Assembly: GCA_951406725.2 (NCBI GenBank)
Contig: OX597830.1
Location: forward strand, 50,964,001 to 51,028,000
From: Octopus vulgaris
Lineage: Eukaryota
Direction: 5' to 3'
DNA: 64,000 nucleotides
The notes beneath the pieces are model-generated. The model did no database searches, was not told the origin of the DNA, and saw only the letters and a list, made by a program, of their open reading frames with translations. The number at the start of each line of letters is the position of its first letter. The first letter of the stretch is position 1. The translations under genes were made by a program, and so were the position numbers. Positions 41,929 through 55,629 of this stretch are shown here, in pieces.

Positions 41929-41963
<35 letters not shown>

Positions 41964-43530
41964 TTGTGTTTGTCCCCCCTAGCATTGCTTGACAACCGAT
42001 GCTGGTGTGTTTACGTCCCCGTCACTTAGCGGTTCGGCAAAAGAGACCGATAGAATAAGTACTGGGCTTACAAAGAATAAGTCCCGGGGCCAATTAACTC
42101 GACTAAAGGCGGTGCTCCAGCATGGCCGCAGTCAAATGCCTGAAACAAGTAAAAGAGTAAAAGAGTAAAGAAAAGAGAGAGCCAGAAAATAGTTCTGGAA
42201 AAAATCAGTCCTTTTTTATTGTACGAGAACGAGTACGACCGAATTTCTATTTTATTAGAAAATGTGAGAAACCTTGACATTTCTTCAGTCAAAGAGGACG
42301 TAAGATTTTGTTAAACAGCTTGATAACACTACAGATATTAGTAGTAATTCACAATTAATGGTGTTTGTTAATTACAGGAGTTCTGTCGCAATCGAAAACG
42401 TAATGTTATTTTGTTCTACGCTTGAATTGAGATCCCATTAAATAGATGATTACATCAGGATTGATATTAACTTCAAAGCTGTCAGCAATGGTTGAAAGTA
42501 GAAAGACTGTATTAGTGTATCTGTTGAAAGAATTACAGCTATGTTAGTCCATGCCAATCGGTATGTAATTTCGGTAAAATAACAGAACCTTAAAATTGAA
42601 GTTACTCGTTGTATGATCCATTCCGAATCATTCACTATGAAAACTTAGAAACCTGAGCTGGAGGCTGTAATAAATAAGATAATGAAGTCGAAGCGTATGC
42701 ACTAAACACGCAAGTCTTTCGTAATTCAAATGAGGATGGGAGGGTGGGGGTTCTTTTTCCGACAGAAACAAGTTGGTTTGTACTTAGAGGTGTAATTAAT
42801 AGAGCTTAGATTAGCACAACTAAACTTTAAACCTGTCAGGTGGATGACAACGATGTCCCAGCAGATAGGTTCAGTAAATTTATTGAGTTGGATGTTATTT
42901 GATATTAAGCTGATGCCTTCGGACATGTCGGTGCATTAAGTAAGAATTGCAAGTGGAGAAATAATAATGTCGTTTCAGCAAGAGAAAGAATTTGATGTAA
43001 CAGAACCAGAAAGAAGAACATAACAATGTTAACAGTTTTTCTGAAGCTAGGAGCTATTTTAGAAAACTGAGGAAATCAGCAAGTCTTGGTGACATTTTTG
43101 AATCAGTTCCATAGAGGTTTATCGTATTCAAAGAATAATTTTCTGGGAACATTTAAGAGTGTGATTCCTTTGTTATAAGCTAAGCTGTGAATCCTTTTAA
43201 CTGTAAAATTAATGATGTATCAGAAGAGCTGCAACAATAATCAGAGATATGCCTTAAACTCTAGTTCTGGCAGTGAATTCATAGAACTTCAGAACGAGAT
43301 ATCTCTCTCATCCTCTCGGATATCAAAAGCTGCAAAAATTTAAAAACTGCAAAGGGGAAGCCGTTTACAACAAACACTCTTTGTGAAATAGAAGATATTC
43401 TACATTCATGAATTGAGAAACAAAAAGAAATCGATTTAAGCTCGAAGACAACTTCCAAGTTATTCTGACAGCAAAGCTTACTAAATGTTCATATTATTAT
43501 ATCAAAAACGAAATGGTGTCATTTATTTCA
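41440..43530 (+). pseudogene. Ancient hAT (Buster/Charlie-type) transposase relic, interrupted by a SINE
   Basis: Collinear decayed motifs: KCVVCL...HSH (BED-like), KPHTKG...PA, QLDNTTDISSNSQLMVFVNY...MLFC (42316), TRCMIHSE, ALNTQVF, TETSW, Y*ADAF, NPF, EFIELQ, PFTTNTLCE, KRNRFKLEDNFQV. Confidence 0.85.
41759..42180 (+). mobile_element. SINE family A, full-length young copy
   Basis: A-box-like TGGCTGTGTGG, B-box-like GGTTCAGTCCC, internal (TA)(GT) tract, and tail CCAGCATGGCCGCAGTCAAATGCCTGAAACAAG(TAAAAGAG)n. Confidence 0.92.
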
Positions 43531-44094
43531 AACCTTAAAGTGGAATAATCTTGAATCAAATTCCTCTATTATTTCGTCTTTTATATTCATTTCTTTACGC
43601 ACCCTTTTATATTAACGTGTTCCATTTCCTTATTTTCAGCACAATAATTCGTTTTCACAATTTTATAATCTCAAACAATTCTTATTGCTTTGTATATAGG
43701 CTACAAAATTCGGTCGGAACCTGATGAGGTGAGAAGCCAAATTGATTTGATATCATAATTTTCATATTTCGTTCCAGAGTACAAAATAGAGCATCACAGT
43801 CTCTCATAGAACTAAATAACAAACATTTTGAAGAGTATTATAGTTCTTCAAAGAAATTATTCTGTCCTTTTATGTTATTCTCATGACAGTATGGACCTTT
43901 TAAAAATTTTGCTATTAATCTATCGAATGAATAATTTCTTCAAAATCCCATGTTGACAAACTAAATAGAAGCTATATCGGGAGTAAGTAACACAAAGATA
44001 ATTCTGAGAATGAATCATATATCTTTAATCTTCTTATCTTTTACTTGTTTCTGTCATTAAATACTGCAGCAATGTGGTATTTAAGACATTAAGT

Positions 44095-44425
44095 GTTGAT
44101 ATGATATGTTGATGTTATGATATTTAGTTTTTCGGTAATGCAGAGCAAGCTCGCATTTGCTTCCCCGTACCCTGTGTATCATGGTCTTAGCTATGATGCT
44201 CCAGTTTATGCGGGGATTGTTCACGTTCCTCTCTTTAAATTTCTCTACCAAACTAAATACAGACGATGTGTTTACTTGACTTTTATCTCCGAACAAAGCC
44301 AAGCGCTCCCTAGGTCACTTATTGAAGGCAGTTCCTGTCATTCCAATGTAAGTTTTTCTTGTTCCATTCAAATCGATAATGTTGGCCTTGTACACTTTTC
44401 CTTTTTCCAAAGACTTATTTGACTC
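44095..44425 (-). mobile_element. Penelope-like element GIY-YIG endonuclease fragment
   Basis: LEKGKVYKANI...KTYIGMTGTAFNK*..E....F...KERNVNNPRINWSIIAK...GSKCELAL. Confidence 0.78.
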
Positions 44426-44459
44426 CTGAAATGCTTCAAGATGTCTTTCACAACGTCTT

Positions 44460-45596
44460 CCGTTTCCCCTTCCCTACCACCATACCCCTACCACACTCCC
44501 CTACCCTTCTAACGTACCATTTTCCGAGACTTCCAGCGACTCCATTCCGCCCCTTCCAACCCGCACATCTTCCCTAAGCTACTACTTCACTCCTTCAAAC
44601 GAGCTCATAACCTGTGTGAGCTCCTGGTCCACAATATCTCCTATACCACCGCCTTCCAGCCTGGCTCCTTCTCCTGCTCCTGCCCGTGCTGTTATACCTA
44701 CCCTTATCTCTTCAACAAAACCATCCTCACATCTCTTCCTCTCTCTGTCCTTCCTTGTACATTGGTCAGATGGGAAGACCTTTGGCTGACCGGTTCGTTG
44801 AGCATCTCTGAGACATCGGATTCATTAATGAAGCCCTGTCTCGCGCCATTTCCGCTCTACTGATCATTCGCTACAACACCTGTCTCTAGACAGGGGTTAC
44901 TCCGACATCTGCCGTGTACAGGAATTATTCTTCTCTCTTCATTTCTTTGCCCCACATAAGCCCAACTCACCACTATATGTGTCGTTAGACACACTGTTTG
45001 ACTCAGTGTACACACCACATACCATCATACACACTCCCACCCACAGAAGCACATGATGCCTAAACACAGACAATACATACACATACTCACATATACAGAC
45101 GCAACACACATAAACACATGCAACACACAAAGACAAAGATAACTTTCTCCCTAATACATACAGTATAAGCATGCAAACTATTTGGTTACAGTGACACGCT
45201 CACATGTAGAAGAACACACATATAAAAGCTCACACACACTCGTCAAACTCACTCGCCCCCTTTCACACATACATACATACACGATTCTCACATACACACA
45301 GACGCTTGAGCACCTCCTCTTGTTGGGATTACCCTGAATTATTTTCCCATTAATTCAACCTCTCTTTATTATTATCTCCCTTTCGTTCAAACTCTTTTTT
45401 CCAATCATTCGCCATTTTGGATCTCTGTATTCAGCACGTTTTCTTCATTCTTTCTACATTTCCTCTTATTCCGTTCCATCGACGAGCATAGGCTCGAAAT
45501 ATAAAAGACTTTTCCATTTTTCCCGAGAGTCAAACAAATACACTTGTTTGTTGATCCTACTCCTGTCTTCGTCATTGTTTTTCTATAAATTCGGAC

Positions 45597-45600
<4 letters not shown>
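44460..45600 (+). mobile_element. Neptune-type Penelope-like element 3' part (linker, GIY-YIG, pLTR)
   Basis: IFRDFQRL....HIFP....SFKRAHNL.ELLVH, PGSFSC..P.C.T.P, CPSLYIGQMGRPLADRFVEHL*DI; decayed hammerhead-like CGACGA-GC-ATAG-GCTC-GAAA at 45480-45508; ends at (TATG)n. Confidence 0.8.
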
Positions 45601-45628
<28 letters not shown>

Positions 45629-47164
45629 TTTATGTGTACTTGCTTATGTATGTATGTATGTATTCATAGGTTTGCTTCTATAAGTCTGACTTCGAATTAT
45701 TCTTCTCTATATGATTTCATTAGTCGGTTTTTCTAAATATTATTTTGGTGACAATGATGTATTTTGTTTGTAATTATCGTTATTGATTGTTTTCGTTATC
45801 TCTTATCAGCGACTTCTGTAAATTTGTGCGTCGTGAATTTTTCCTCTCATTGATTATTTTTGTGTTGTCACCTTCCATTGTCTTATCATTCCGTTGTCAC
45901 ATCTCTGATCATAGATGTCTTTTACTGTGTCCAGTTTCGTTAAAATATATTCATCGAATATGACAACATATTCTTCTCGGTATCTAACAGTTATAGTTAT
46001 CCTGGATCTGAGTGAAATTCGGCAAGATCTGGAACATATTTTCCTAACATTTTCTTAGTCCAACACACCTATCTTTTAACAGATAATGGAATCGACCAAC
46101 ATCCTTCCTTAAGGACAAGGGAAGTTACGTTGATCACGTGGGACTACTTGAAATAATTCTAACACCTCATAGTGCATTGTCAGCCCATTTTGACGATACA
46201 CTATGTGGACTAAAGCGTAGAGTTTTACGTTAACTGTATAACTTAAGAAAAGTTCTTTCTCTGATTAGCTTCACACATTTTCAGGAATGAAATTAATCGA
46301 TTAACTCGGTGAGTTAAAATATTGACCAGAAGAAATTGAACGCAAAACATAAGAAAGATGTAATTGCATCATCTTTTCCTCCCCTCTAGATAGTTCTCCC
46401 TCAGTAGGAATTGAACGCAACACATAAAAAAGATGTAATTGCATACAAGATATTTATTTAATGAGGTGTCTGTCATCATCGCCATCAGATAAGTCCAAAG
46501 GCCGCACAGGTTAGAAGAAATAGAGGACAAATTTCGCTCAAAGCATTTTCAGGTGAATTGCATAAGTGATGGTTTTGTGTACGATGAAATATAAGAGCAA
46601 ATGGTCACGGCTGATCATACATCATAGATCATTTGATCAAAGATCAGTTCGAATAGGAATGATTTATGTTGAGCAACAATGAGCACGGACAGATAAAGAA
46701 ATCAAGAAGGAATTTTCTACACGGTCTAGTCAGCTGCCAGAAACGAGACAAAAATTTTCCTTCAAAACGATTTCATTATCTGAGCTATTGTTTTCAGTCG
46801 GATTTGACCTTCGAGGAAATAACAGCACCAAGAATTGGTAAGTAAATAACTAGGAAAAACTAAAACCCGAGAAACTTAGAGATGGCCTACGAGTACATTG
46901 CGAAATGGCAAATGAGAAACGTTTCAGACAATGGGTTATATTTTAGGTGTTGAAGAACAACAGGTCTCCCGTGTTTGGATAAAACTCTTCCAGAAAGGGT
47001 TCTACTCGAAACTTTTGACTTGTACACTTCTGTTTGGCACAATGTTTATTCAAGTATTGAAATTTTCTGTGTCCAACAAAGAAACAAAATATTTACTGAT
47101 AACAACTCGCACACTCTCAGAAACTTCTACAGATATATAGACGCACACAATATATATGTTTACA

Positions 47165-47205
47165 GATACGTACATTAATACATACATACATACGTACATA
47201 TATAC

Positions 47206-47299
<94 letters not shown>

Positions 47300-47436
47300 C
47301 ATATATATGCATACATACATATATATATTTGTATACATATAATCTATATATATGTATATATACAGATATATATATAAATATATATATATGAATATTTGCA
47401 TTTGTTTATATATATATATATATGCCTGTGTGTGCG

Positions 47437-47471
<35 letters not shown>

Positions 47472-48132
47472 ACATATGCGCATATATATATACATATATA
47501 CATATAAAAATATATATGTACTTATATATATATATACACACATATATATGAATATATATATATTTGTATAAGAATATATACCTATATATAAGGGAATAAT
47601 ACTTTTTTGTACACTAAGCAACAAGACCCACCAACATCGCAACACAACCATCACAACATCCACCACTACCACCACCACCACCACCGCCACCACCCAAACA
47701 CAAACACAAATACCACTTTATATAATTTTTTAAGTAACAGCCTCAAAAACATAGCAACATTATGTCATTCTTTGAACAGCTACCTTCAAATAGAAAGAAC
47801 AAACAGGCTGAAAGATCGTAAAAGAGATAAAGAAACAGACGAACCCAGAGAAAATATATATCAGTAAATATATTTAAGAAATATTCAAAGGTTATATAAG
47901 TATTAATCATATCAGAGGAACTCACGACTATGCAACAGTGAATACAGCAAAAACTTCAGAAGAGGCGAAAAAGAAATATAATATACTAATGGTATGGATT
48001 TTTTTTTTTTGAAAGAAACGCTTGTACGAGTAACAAAATCTTAGTGTGTTAGTAAGATTATATATGTGTGTGTATGTGTGTTCGTGTTTAAACATTTATA
48101 TATGTGTGTGTGTATGCATGCGTATGTGTGTG

Positions 48133-48211
<79 letters not shown>

Positions 48212-48461
48212 GTGTATGTGTGTGTGTATATATCTAAGTACCTATGTATATCCGAAGAAGTATATGTATAAAATACACACTCACATACACACACACACAC
48301 ACACACACACATATGTGTGTGTGTATGTATTTATGTATGCTTGTATGAAATGCACATATATATGTATATATTTATATTACTCAGCACGTTTTATTATTAT
48401 CTGCCGTATGTGTGTTTTATGCATGTATGTATACCTTTATGTATGTATACATAAACATACT

Positions 48462-48494
<33 letters not shown>

Positions 48495-48600
48495 CCGTAT
48501 TATTAGACCTGTTGTATTAGTGTATATACATAATACACCCCACCACACACACATATATGTATGCGTGTGTATATGTATGTATGTGTATATAAACATGCAC
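47165..48600. repeat. (TA)/(CA)/(CAC) microsatellite clusters
   Basis: Direct reading. Confidence 0.85.
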
Positions 48601-49560
48601 GCGTAATTTAGAATTTGTTACTTTTCCATCAGATAGGTTGAAGAAACAGAACTATATCCTTACTTCCTTTATAATAAAAAAACCCGTTTGGTGAGGAATA
48701 TGGTTTATACAAGTAATCCAATGTCGGAGAATCACGGACTCTTAGTTCCACTCTAAAACGGTTAAATTCTCTTTTCTTGAAGAGATCAAAGCAATACATA
48801 TCCATCCTTATTTTTCACTTGCTTTTTGTTCTCGTTTTGTCCCGACAGAACCAGTCTGTGATCATAACTGTTCACGCTGTGACCTCTCCCTAATTTTGTC
48901 TAAAATATTGTACTCAAGAACCCCTTATCCTTGTGTATCTGCTTCTTTCCATTAGCATGCTTGTTGTTGTGGTACTCCTCTGTCAACCATGATAGAGCAG
49001 GCTAATTCTTTATGCCCATACCGTAGTGACCATTCCTTTTTCCAGCAGTCCCCTCTTGCAATTCACCTAATGTTGTTACTTGAGGTGCAGGGAATTATTT
49101 ACTGCTTGTAGCAATTAGGCTTCCACATAAATCCGGCCCAGATGGCTTCAGTGCGTATATATTTGCCTTTTACTACTAGTGTGTTAAGTATCCATATAAG
49201 CATACTCCCTCTGACAGGATTTCATTGTGTGACTTGATAAAGTTTAAAGTTTCAACCCGTTTAGTTTGTTTTCATACTAGTATTTAGATCACAATCTCTT
49301 CTTGCGTTTCAGGTTTCTTCACTTCCGGACCCTTCATACACGCTAATTATTCAAAGGTTTCTGTGTCGTGTAAGGATTTGGACTTGTGTGGAAAGGTGAA
49401 ACCTCATGAATGTTTGGTGAATTATTCATTATTCCCTTAGTTTGTTGTGCCTATTTCCCTTTCAAGGAGTGCATATGTGGAAAGGTTTCCGCAAAATATT
49501 TCCGGCTAGAACAAGGGCTCAATCCTAAGGATAACACTTCGAGAGTACAGTGAATGAAAA

Positions 49561-49624
<64 letters not shown>

Positions 49625-50092
49625 TTCATGACCGTTATTCTTCTCATGCCTAAGATTTCGAAAATAGCAGCTGAAGAAATTCACTCCCAGAAGGTAGGTG
49701 AGACAATATGCTTGACAAGTTACTCTACTTATCGCTTGTTAGGAAACTTTCAAACATATTTCTCTCCGATATTCACCTTTCTGTTATCTCGATTCCATTA
49801 TTGCTGTCTTGCCAAGGTCTAGTGTATAACTATTTCTGAAAGTTAGAATCTTCTCTGATAAATGGAATCCACTTCCTTCACCTGTTCATATGTTTCACTT
49901 GGATGTCAATGTCGGCTGCAATGGTGGCCAGTTACTCAGGTTGTAATTCCCCGTTCCTCTAATTTATTTACAATCACTATTGAGCGAACGAGTCAACGAA
50001 TGAACCTCTACATTTTCAGTTAGTAGTAGCAGCCAAATATCTTTCTTATTACATCCTACCATCTAAAAGAAGAGGGGTTTTTTTTTTCTGCT

Positions 50093-50293
50093 CCAGGTAC
50101 AAAGACCGAATTTTGGGGGAGAGGGCCAGCCGATTAGATTGACCCCAGTACGCAACTGGTACTTAATTTTTCGACTCCGAAAGGATGAAAGACAAAGTCG
50201 ACCGCGGCGGAATTTGAACCCAGAACGTAAAGACAGGCGAAATACCGTGAAGCATTTCGCCCGGCGTGATAACAATATGGCCAGCTCGTCGCC
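50093..50293 (-). mobile_element. SINE family B (Meta/MESC-like central domain)
   Basis: Reverse complement of GTTCAAATTCCGCCG.GGTCGACTTTG.CTTTCATCCTTTCGG.GTCGA.AAATTAAGTACCAG. Confidence 0.85.
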
Positions 50294-51270
50294 CTGAAAA
50301 GAAGAGGGGTTGTGTTAAATAAATGATATATTGTGAAAAAATATTCAGAGAAAAAATATCGAGATTACTACGTATATATATACGTATATACATACATATA
50401 TACACATTACTATGTATATATACGTATATACATACATACATATATACACATATACACATGCCTTTGATAATAGCTTTGCTCGATTGAGATTCATTTTGGG
50501 ATATATAACGGTTATATAATTTATGTTAACATAATTCCCATTAAAGAAGATTGTAACAATGTAATTTAAAGTTCAATCAGGGTTTGATATAGTAGTACCA
50601 TGTACACTTTATCGTCTCCACAACGACAGATTTCCTATTCATCTATTAATATAATCATTATAAAAAGCTCCATTTGAATAATTTACTTAAAATCTCTGAT
50701 GATGGCCATATGCCTTGCTGAGAATACAGACGTTTCTTTTTATGCTTTTCCCTTTTTCATTTATATGAACACGTGTTTACAAAGCACTGAATATGGACTT
50801 ATCTATTAGATAACGCAGAAGGTTGGTTTTGGAAGAGGAAGCGAGTAATTGATTAAATCGAATCTCAATGCGATACCAGTGTATCGATTTTTCCGATCAA
50901 AGAGCAAATAAATTCAAGTTGCACAAGTTTGAACTTAAAAACTTAGACAAAATTTAAAAGTATGACGTTATCTGTTTAATGCTAACATGTTCAGTAGCTT
51001 CCACAAGGTAAATGGAACTGGCAGCAACAAACAAAATTCACCGTAGTGTTTATTAAGGTTATCAATGCCTTCTTTGCGCTCTAATCTCACCGAGATCCAC
51101 AGTGCTTTCTGTTCTCCCGGAGACACTAAAATAAAGCATCAGTAATTCAATAACATAAATTCCATTCCAGGATTCTCCTTCAAGTTATCTTTTATTTCAT
51201 TTTATTTATTTACTCATTTATTATGTCAAATGCTAACTGACTTAAGATCTCTGTAAAGTGATGCACCGAA

Positions 51271-51370
51271 GTGTTTTCCTGATGATCCATTGTGGTTAGG
51301 CATCCAAACGCACGGGAAACATCCAATGTTGAGTTTCAAATAACTGCAGTGATGAAACGCGCGTACGAAC
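51271..51370 (+). ncRNA. Hammerhead-like motif with extended stem II (Penelope-type)
   Basis: CTGATGA (51279), stem II CATTGTGGTTA/TAACTGCAGTG (with G-U pairs), GAAAC-GCGC-GTA; stem I decayed. Confidence 0.6.
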
Positions 51371-51680
51371 TAATAATTTATACTTATAATCATCTTAATT
51401 TTTTTCAGCATATACTCTGCATATCATAACTAGTACAGTGGTAGACCACTAAGCACAGTGGTAGGCGAACCATTGTACTGGAACCTGATTGCATAATAAT
51501 GACAACCTATAAAGATCTCTGACACATACAGTGAGAGCTGTTTCTATCCATACGCATAATACACATGCATAAGTAAATACGCGTATTTATATATATATAT
51601 ATACATAGGTATGTATATATATATATATGAATATATATATGTAAATTTATATGTATGCATATATATATATATACATATAC

Positions 51681-51713
<33 letters not shown>

Positions 51714-52760
51714 TGTATGTATGTATGTATGTATCTATTGGTAGCTAGATAGATATTTTATCAAAAAGTTACACATAGACTGACATGTAGAGACACTAAA
51801 CCATCCTAACTAGACATAAAATACAGAGTTACATAGTAAGAGATACTTTTATACATAGAAACAGAAACAAAGGGAAACCGAGAACAATGTACGTTGGGTA
51901 TGTGTATGTTCGTATGTGTGTGTGATTGCGTATATACTATATATAAATATATTCACATATACATATATATATTTGTACGATGGGTCTGTGTATATATATA
52001 TATATATGTGTGAGTGTGTATCTTCATACACACACAGACACACACATATACTCACCCACACACACACCCATATATATATATATATATTTGTACATACATA
52101 ATTACATGTATATGTATTTAAGCAGGCGGTATTTGACTGGGTGTTAGTGCGTCCGTGATGAAAACAAAATTTGGTAACTTAGGACAATACAGATTTTAAT
52201 AATAATTTTTATGTGCCAGCGTAAAGCTGCAATAAAAATATTGTCTTGGAAATAATCTGAATTTGCCATGTTGTCCATTATAATTCTCTGCCACCCAGTG
52301 GAATAATCTCTGCTTACAATCCTATCATAGAATTTACTAGGTTGGGAAAACTGAGCAATGAGAAAAGAAATAAAGAAAATGATTGGATATACGCTAAGAA
52401 TTTGATTAGCGGAATGAAAATATACCTCTTGATTTTAGTGTGATATAGATTGTATGTGAGTGAGTGCGTGCTGTGATTGTGTGTGCAAGTGTGTGTGTGC
52501 ACGCTTGTGTGTGCACGCGTGTGTGTGTGTGTGTGTGCACTCGTGTGTGTGAGTATATATGGGCCTGAGTGTGTGTACACTCAGTACATACACATCTATA
52601 AATTCATGTGTGTGTGTGTATATATATATATATATAGATAGATAGATATATATGTATGTGTGTATATATGTATGTATATATATATATAGAGACAGAGAGG
52701 ATGAGAGAGAGTGAGAAATGTGCACATGTGTATACACATGCGTTATATATTCATATGCAT

Positions 52761-52791
<31 letters not shown>

Positions 52792-52856
52792 CATACGTAT
52801 ATACATGCATACATATATACACATATACACATGCATAAATATATATGTATATGCAT

Positions 52857-52930
<74 letters not shown>

Positions 52931-53779
52931 GCATGTATATGTCTGCATATGTATGTATACATACACACATAAAGGCCCGTACATTCCTAGATAAGGGAAA
53001 TCTTCCTTTCCGATTGCTATTTTAAGATTTGTAGAAAATGGCGTCGACTTTATTAGACTTAGGAATGAAAAGTGTTTTGCGATGTTGTTGTGACAGCTGT
53101 ACGGAGATGATTTGATATATCAGTTTCCGCTCACAGAATTTGTCAATAAATCGGTTTTATGTTCATTTCTGTTGCGTATTTCTTTATCGCAAGCGAACTC
53201 TTAGCTTTGGTCAAATACCTACAACTATTGGCCACCTATTCATACATTATTGAAACATCTGTATCTATATCATATTGAGATTTTTCGACACGTGTATCAG
53301 AATTATTTATGTATAAGCGTACACATGTAAATGAAAATAAGACTTAGTTTATTTATTGGCCAATGACTTAGAACTAAAAATAATAATCTTTGTTTTAAGT
53401 GTAGGCGTCCAATCGGAAAAAACTTATGGCGCCGCAGATTACTTACACTAGGCGCATACACACATCAGACATACCTCACACATACACACATAGATGCATA
53501 GGCATATAAGTATACACACAGTCATATTAATACACCTATATGTATATAAGTGCATTCAATATGTATTCTAAGTTGCTCTTGGCCATTGTAGTTAAATCTA
53601 TACTGGAATACTTGTAGTTTGTGAAATTCGAGCAGTGACGATGTAAAATGAAATATATATCTTACATCTCCAGGATAAATCATTTTTACTCCAATGATGG
53701 AGTAACATCTGTAGACCCTCCAAGACTGGTGAGGATGAGGTATTGGTGATTAAGTTTAGAACTTTGGCATTGTGTCTGT

Positions 53780-54115
53780 CTGGGACCGCCTTCGGTCACA
53801 TGTCAGAGCATGGGATTGCACCTAGAAAGTTACCCTCCCAGGCATAAGTCCAAGCAAAGGTGTTTATGGAAGACCAGCAGTCGACCATACATACCGGCCC
53901 CTCCTCTCCACGCCACCGGTGTTATCCAAGGGAAAGGGACCGATACAGCTTGGCACTTGTGACGTCGCAGCTCATTTCTATAGCTGAGTGAACTGGAACG
54001 ACGTGAAATAAAGTGTCTTGCTCAAGAACACAACACGCAGCCCTGTCCGAGATTCGAGCTCACAACCTCACAATCGTAAGCTCGACGCTCCAACCACTGA
54101 CACATGCGCCTTCAC
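53780..54115 (-). mobile_element. Full-length tRNA-derived SINE (family D variant) with TSD
   Basis: TSD ATTGTGTCTGT at 53769-53779 and 54116-54126; head GTGAAGGCGCATG...CAGTGGTT...CTTACGAT...CTCGAATC. Confidence 0.88.
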
Positions 54116-54535
54116 ATTGTGTCTGTAGTGCCGATTAAATTATCACCAGCAATCGACTGATGTTAACTTTATCGATCCCGGAAGAAATAAAAATAAATTA
54201 CACGTCATGATCGTAGGAGTCAATTCAGACAATTCAGACATTAAGTACACCCATTCTGCTATTTATTTGTTCTTGAATTTTAATTATGATAATCATTAAA
54301 TTTTAGTCTGCCTCGCTTTCGCACATATCAGTGAATGCTTAGCCTATCTATTACAACACAGGGAGCAATAATCCGACTTAGGTGAGGATATCCGGTGATG
54401 TTCATCCCTGAGGAGTTTAAATCTGCCTGAAACTCTGTGTCTGGCTTTCTGACAATAATATTTTGAGCAAACATTTTAAAAATGTTTTTGCTTTTACTAC
54501 AAGTCACTTTAAGAAGTATTTATAAGGCACAATGT

Positions 54536-54786
54536 TACTGATATCGTTAGCACGCCGGGCGAAATGCTTAGCGGTTTTTCGTCTGTCGCTACGTTCTGAG
54601 TCCAAATTCCGCCGAGGTGGACTTTCCCTTTCATCCTTTCGGGGTCGATAAATTAAGTACCAGTTACGCACTGGGGTCGATATAATCGACTTAATCCGTT
54701 TGTCTGTCCTTATTTGTCCTCTATGTGTTTAGCCCCTTGTGGGTAGTAAAGAAATAGTTATTTCGTCTGCCGCTACGTTCTGAGTT
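54536..54786 (+). mobile_element. SINE family B with partial internal duplication at the 3' end
   Basis: CGTTAGCACGCCGGGCGAAATGCTTAGCGG...CCCCTTGTGGGTAGTAAAGAAATA, then a repeat of TTTCGTCTG.CGCTACGTTCTGAGT. Confidence 0.88.
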
Positions 54787-54798
54787 CTTGCATTATAT

Positions 54799-54842
54799 GC
54801 GCTACTAATAGTTTTACGTACATAAGTACGTTCATCAGGCGC
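54799..54842 (-). ncRNA. Compact type-I hammerhead motif with G12A change
   Basis: Minus strand: GCGC-CTGATGA-ACGTAC(TTAT)GTACGT-AAAAC-TATTA-GTA-GCGC. Confidence 0.7.
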
Positions 54843-55245
54843 TGACAAACATTATACCAGTTCAAATATGTTCGAGACATGTTCGAACGCATAAGAAAAC
54901 CGCTCACTGCATTTTACCATGGAGAACATTTCTTGTTATTTACGAATAGGTGTAAATAAACCGAGTCAACGTACGGGGTTTCTTATTCGGAGTGTTTATC
55001 TCCTCTTCACCAGCGGAGACTGAAAAGGCAGACGCTGCGAAATAACGTGATACAGGTCTCTCTTATGTTCTCCTCTTCATCGAAGGAATGGCTGTGAAAT
55101 TCAGGAGCGCGCCGTAAATGAGATACTGAGCGACAGTGCTAAGCGATGATGTGTATAGGTACAAACTCACCTCCGGTTCAACTATGCTTGAAGTATATTC
55201 GAACCCGTAAGAAAGCCATTCACTGTATTTGTTGTGGAGGTGACC

Positions 55246-55629
55246 AGGAGGCGCAATGGCCCAGTGGTTAGGGCAGCGGACTCGCGGTCGTAGGATCGCG
55301 GTTTCGATTCCCAGACCGCGCGTTCTGAGTGTTTATTGAGCGAAAACACCTAAAGCTCCACCCGGCTCCGGCAGGGGATGGTGGTGATCCCTGCTGTACT
55401 CTTTCACCACAACTTTCTCTCACTCTTACTTCCTGTTTCTATTGTACCTGTATTTCAAAGGGCCGGCCTTGTCACTCTCTGTGTCACGCTGAATATCCCC
55501 GAGAACTACGTTAAGGGTACACGTGTCTGTGGAGTGCTCAGCCACTTAGACGTTAATTTCACGAGCAGGCTGTTCCGTTGATCGGATCAACCGGAACCCT
55601 CATCGTCGTAATCGACGGAGTGCTTCCAC
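55246..55629 (+). mobile_element. SINE family C, full length with 13-bp TSD
   Basis: A box TGGCCCAGTGG, B box GTTTCGATTCC; TSD TGTGGAGGTGACC at 55233-55245 and 55630-55642. Confidence 0.93.

Noticed and set aside
49380-49830. Possible decayed RT fragment on the minus strand around a (CT)n tract
   Set aside because: No diagnostic QGD or YxDD motif could be recovered.
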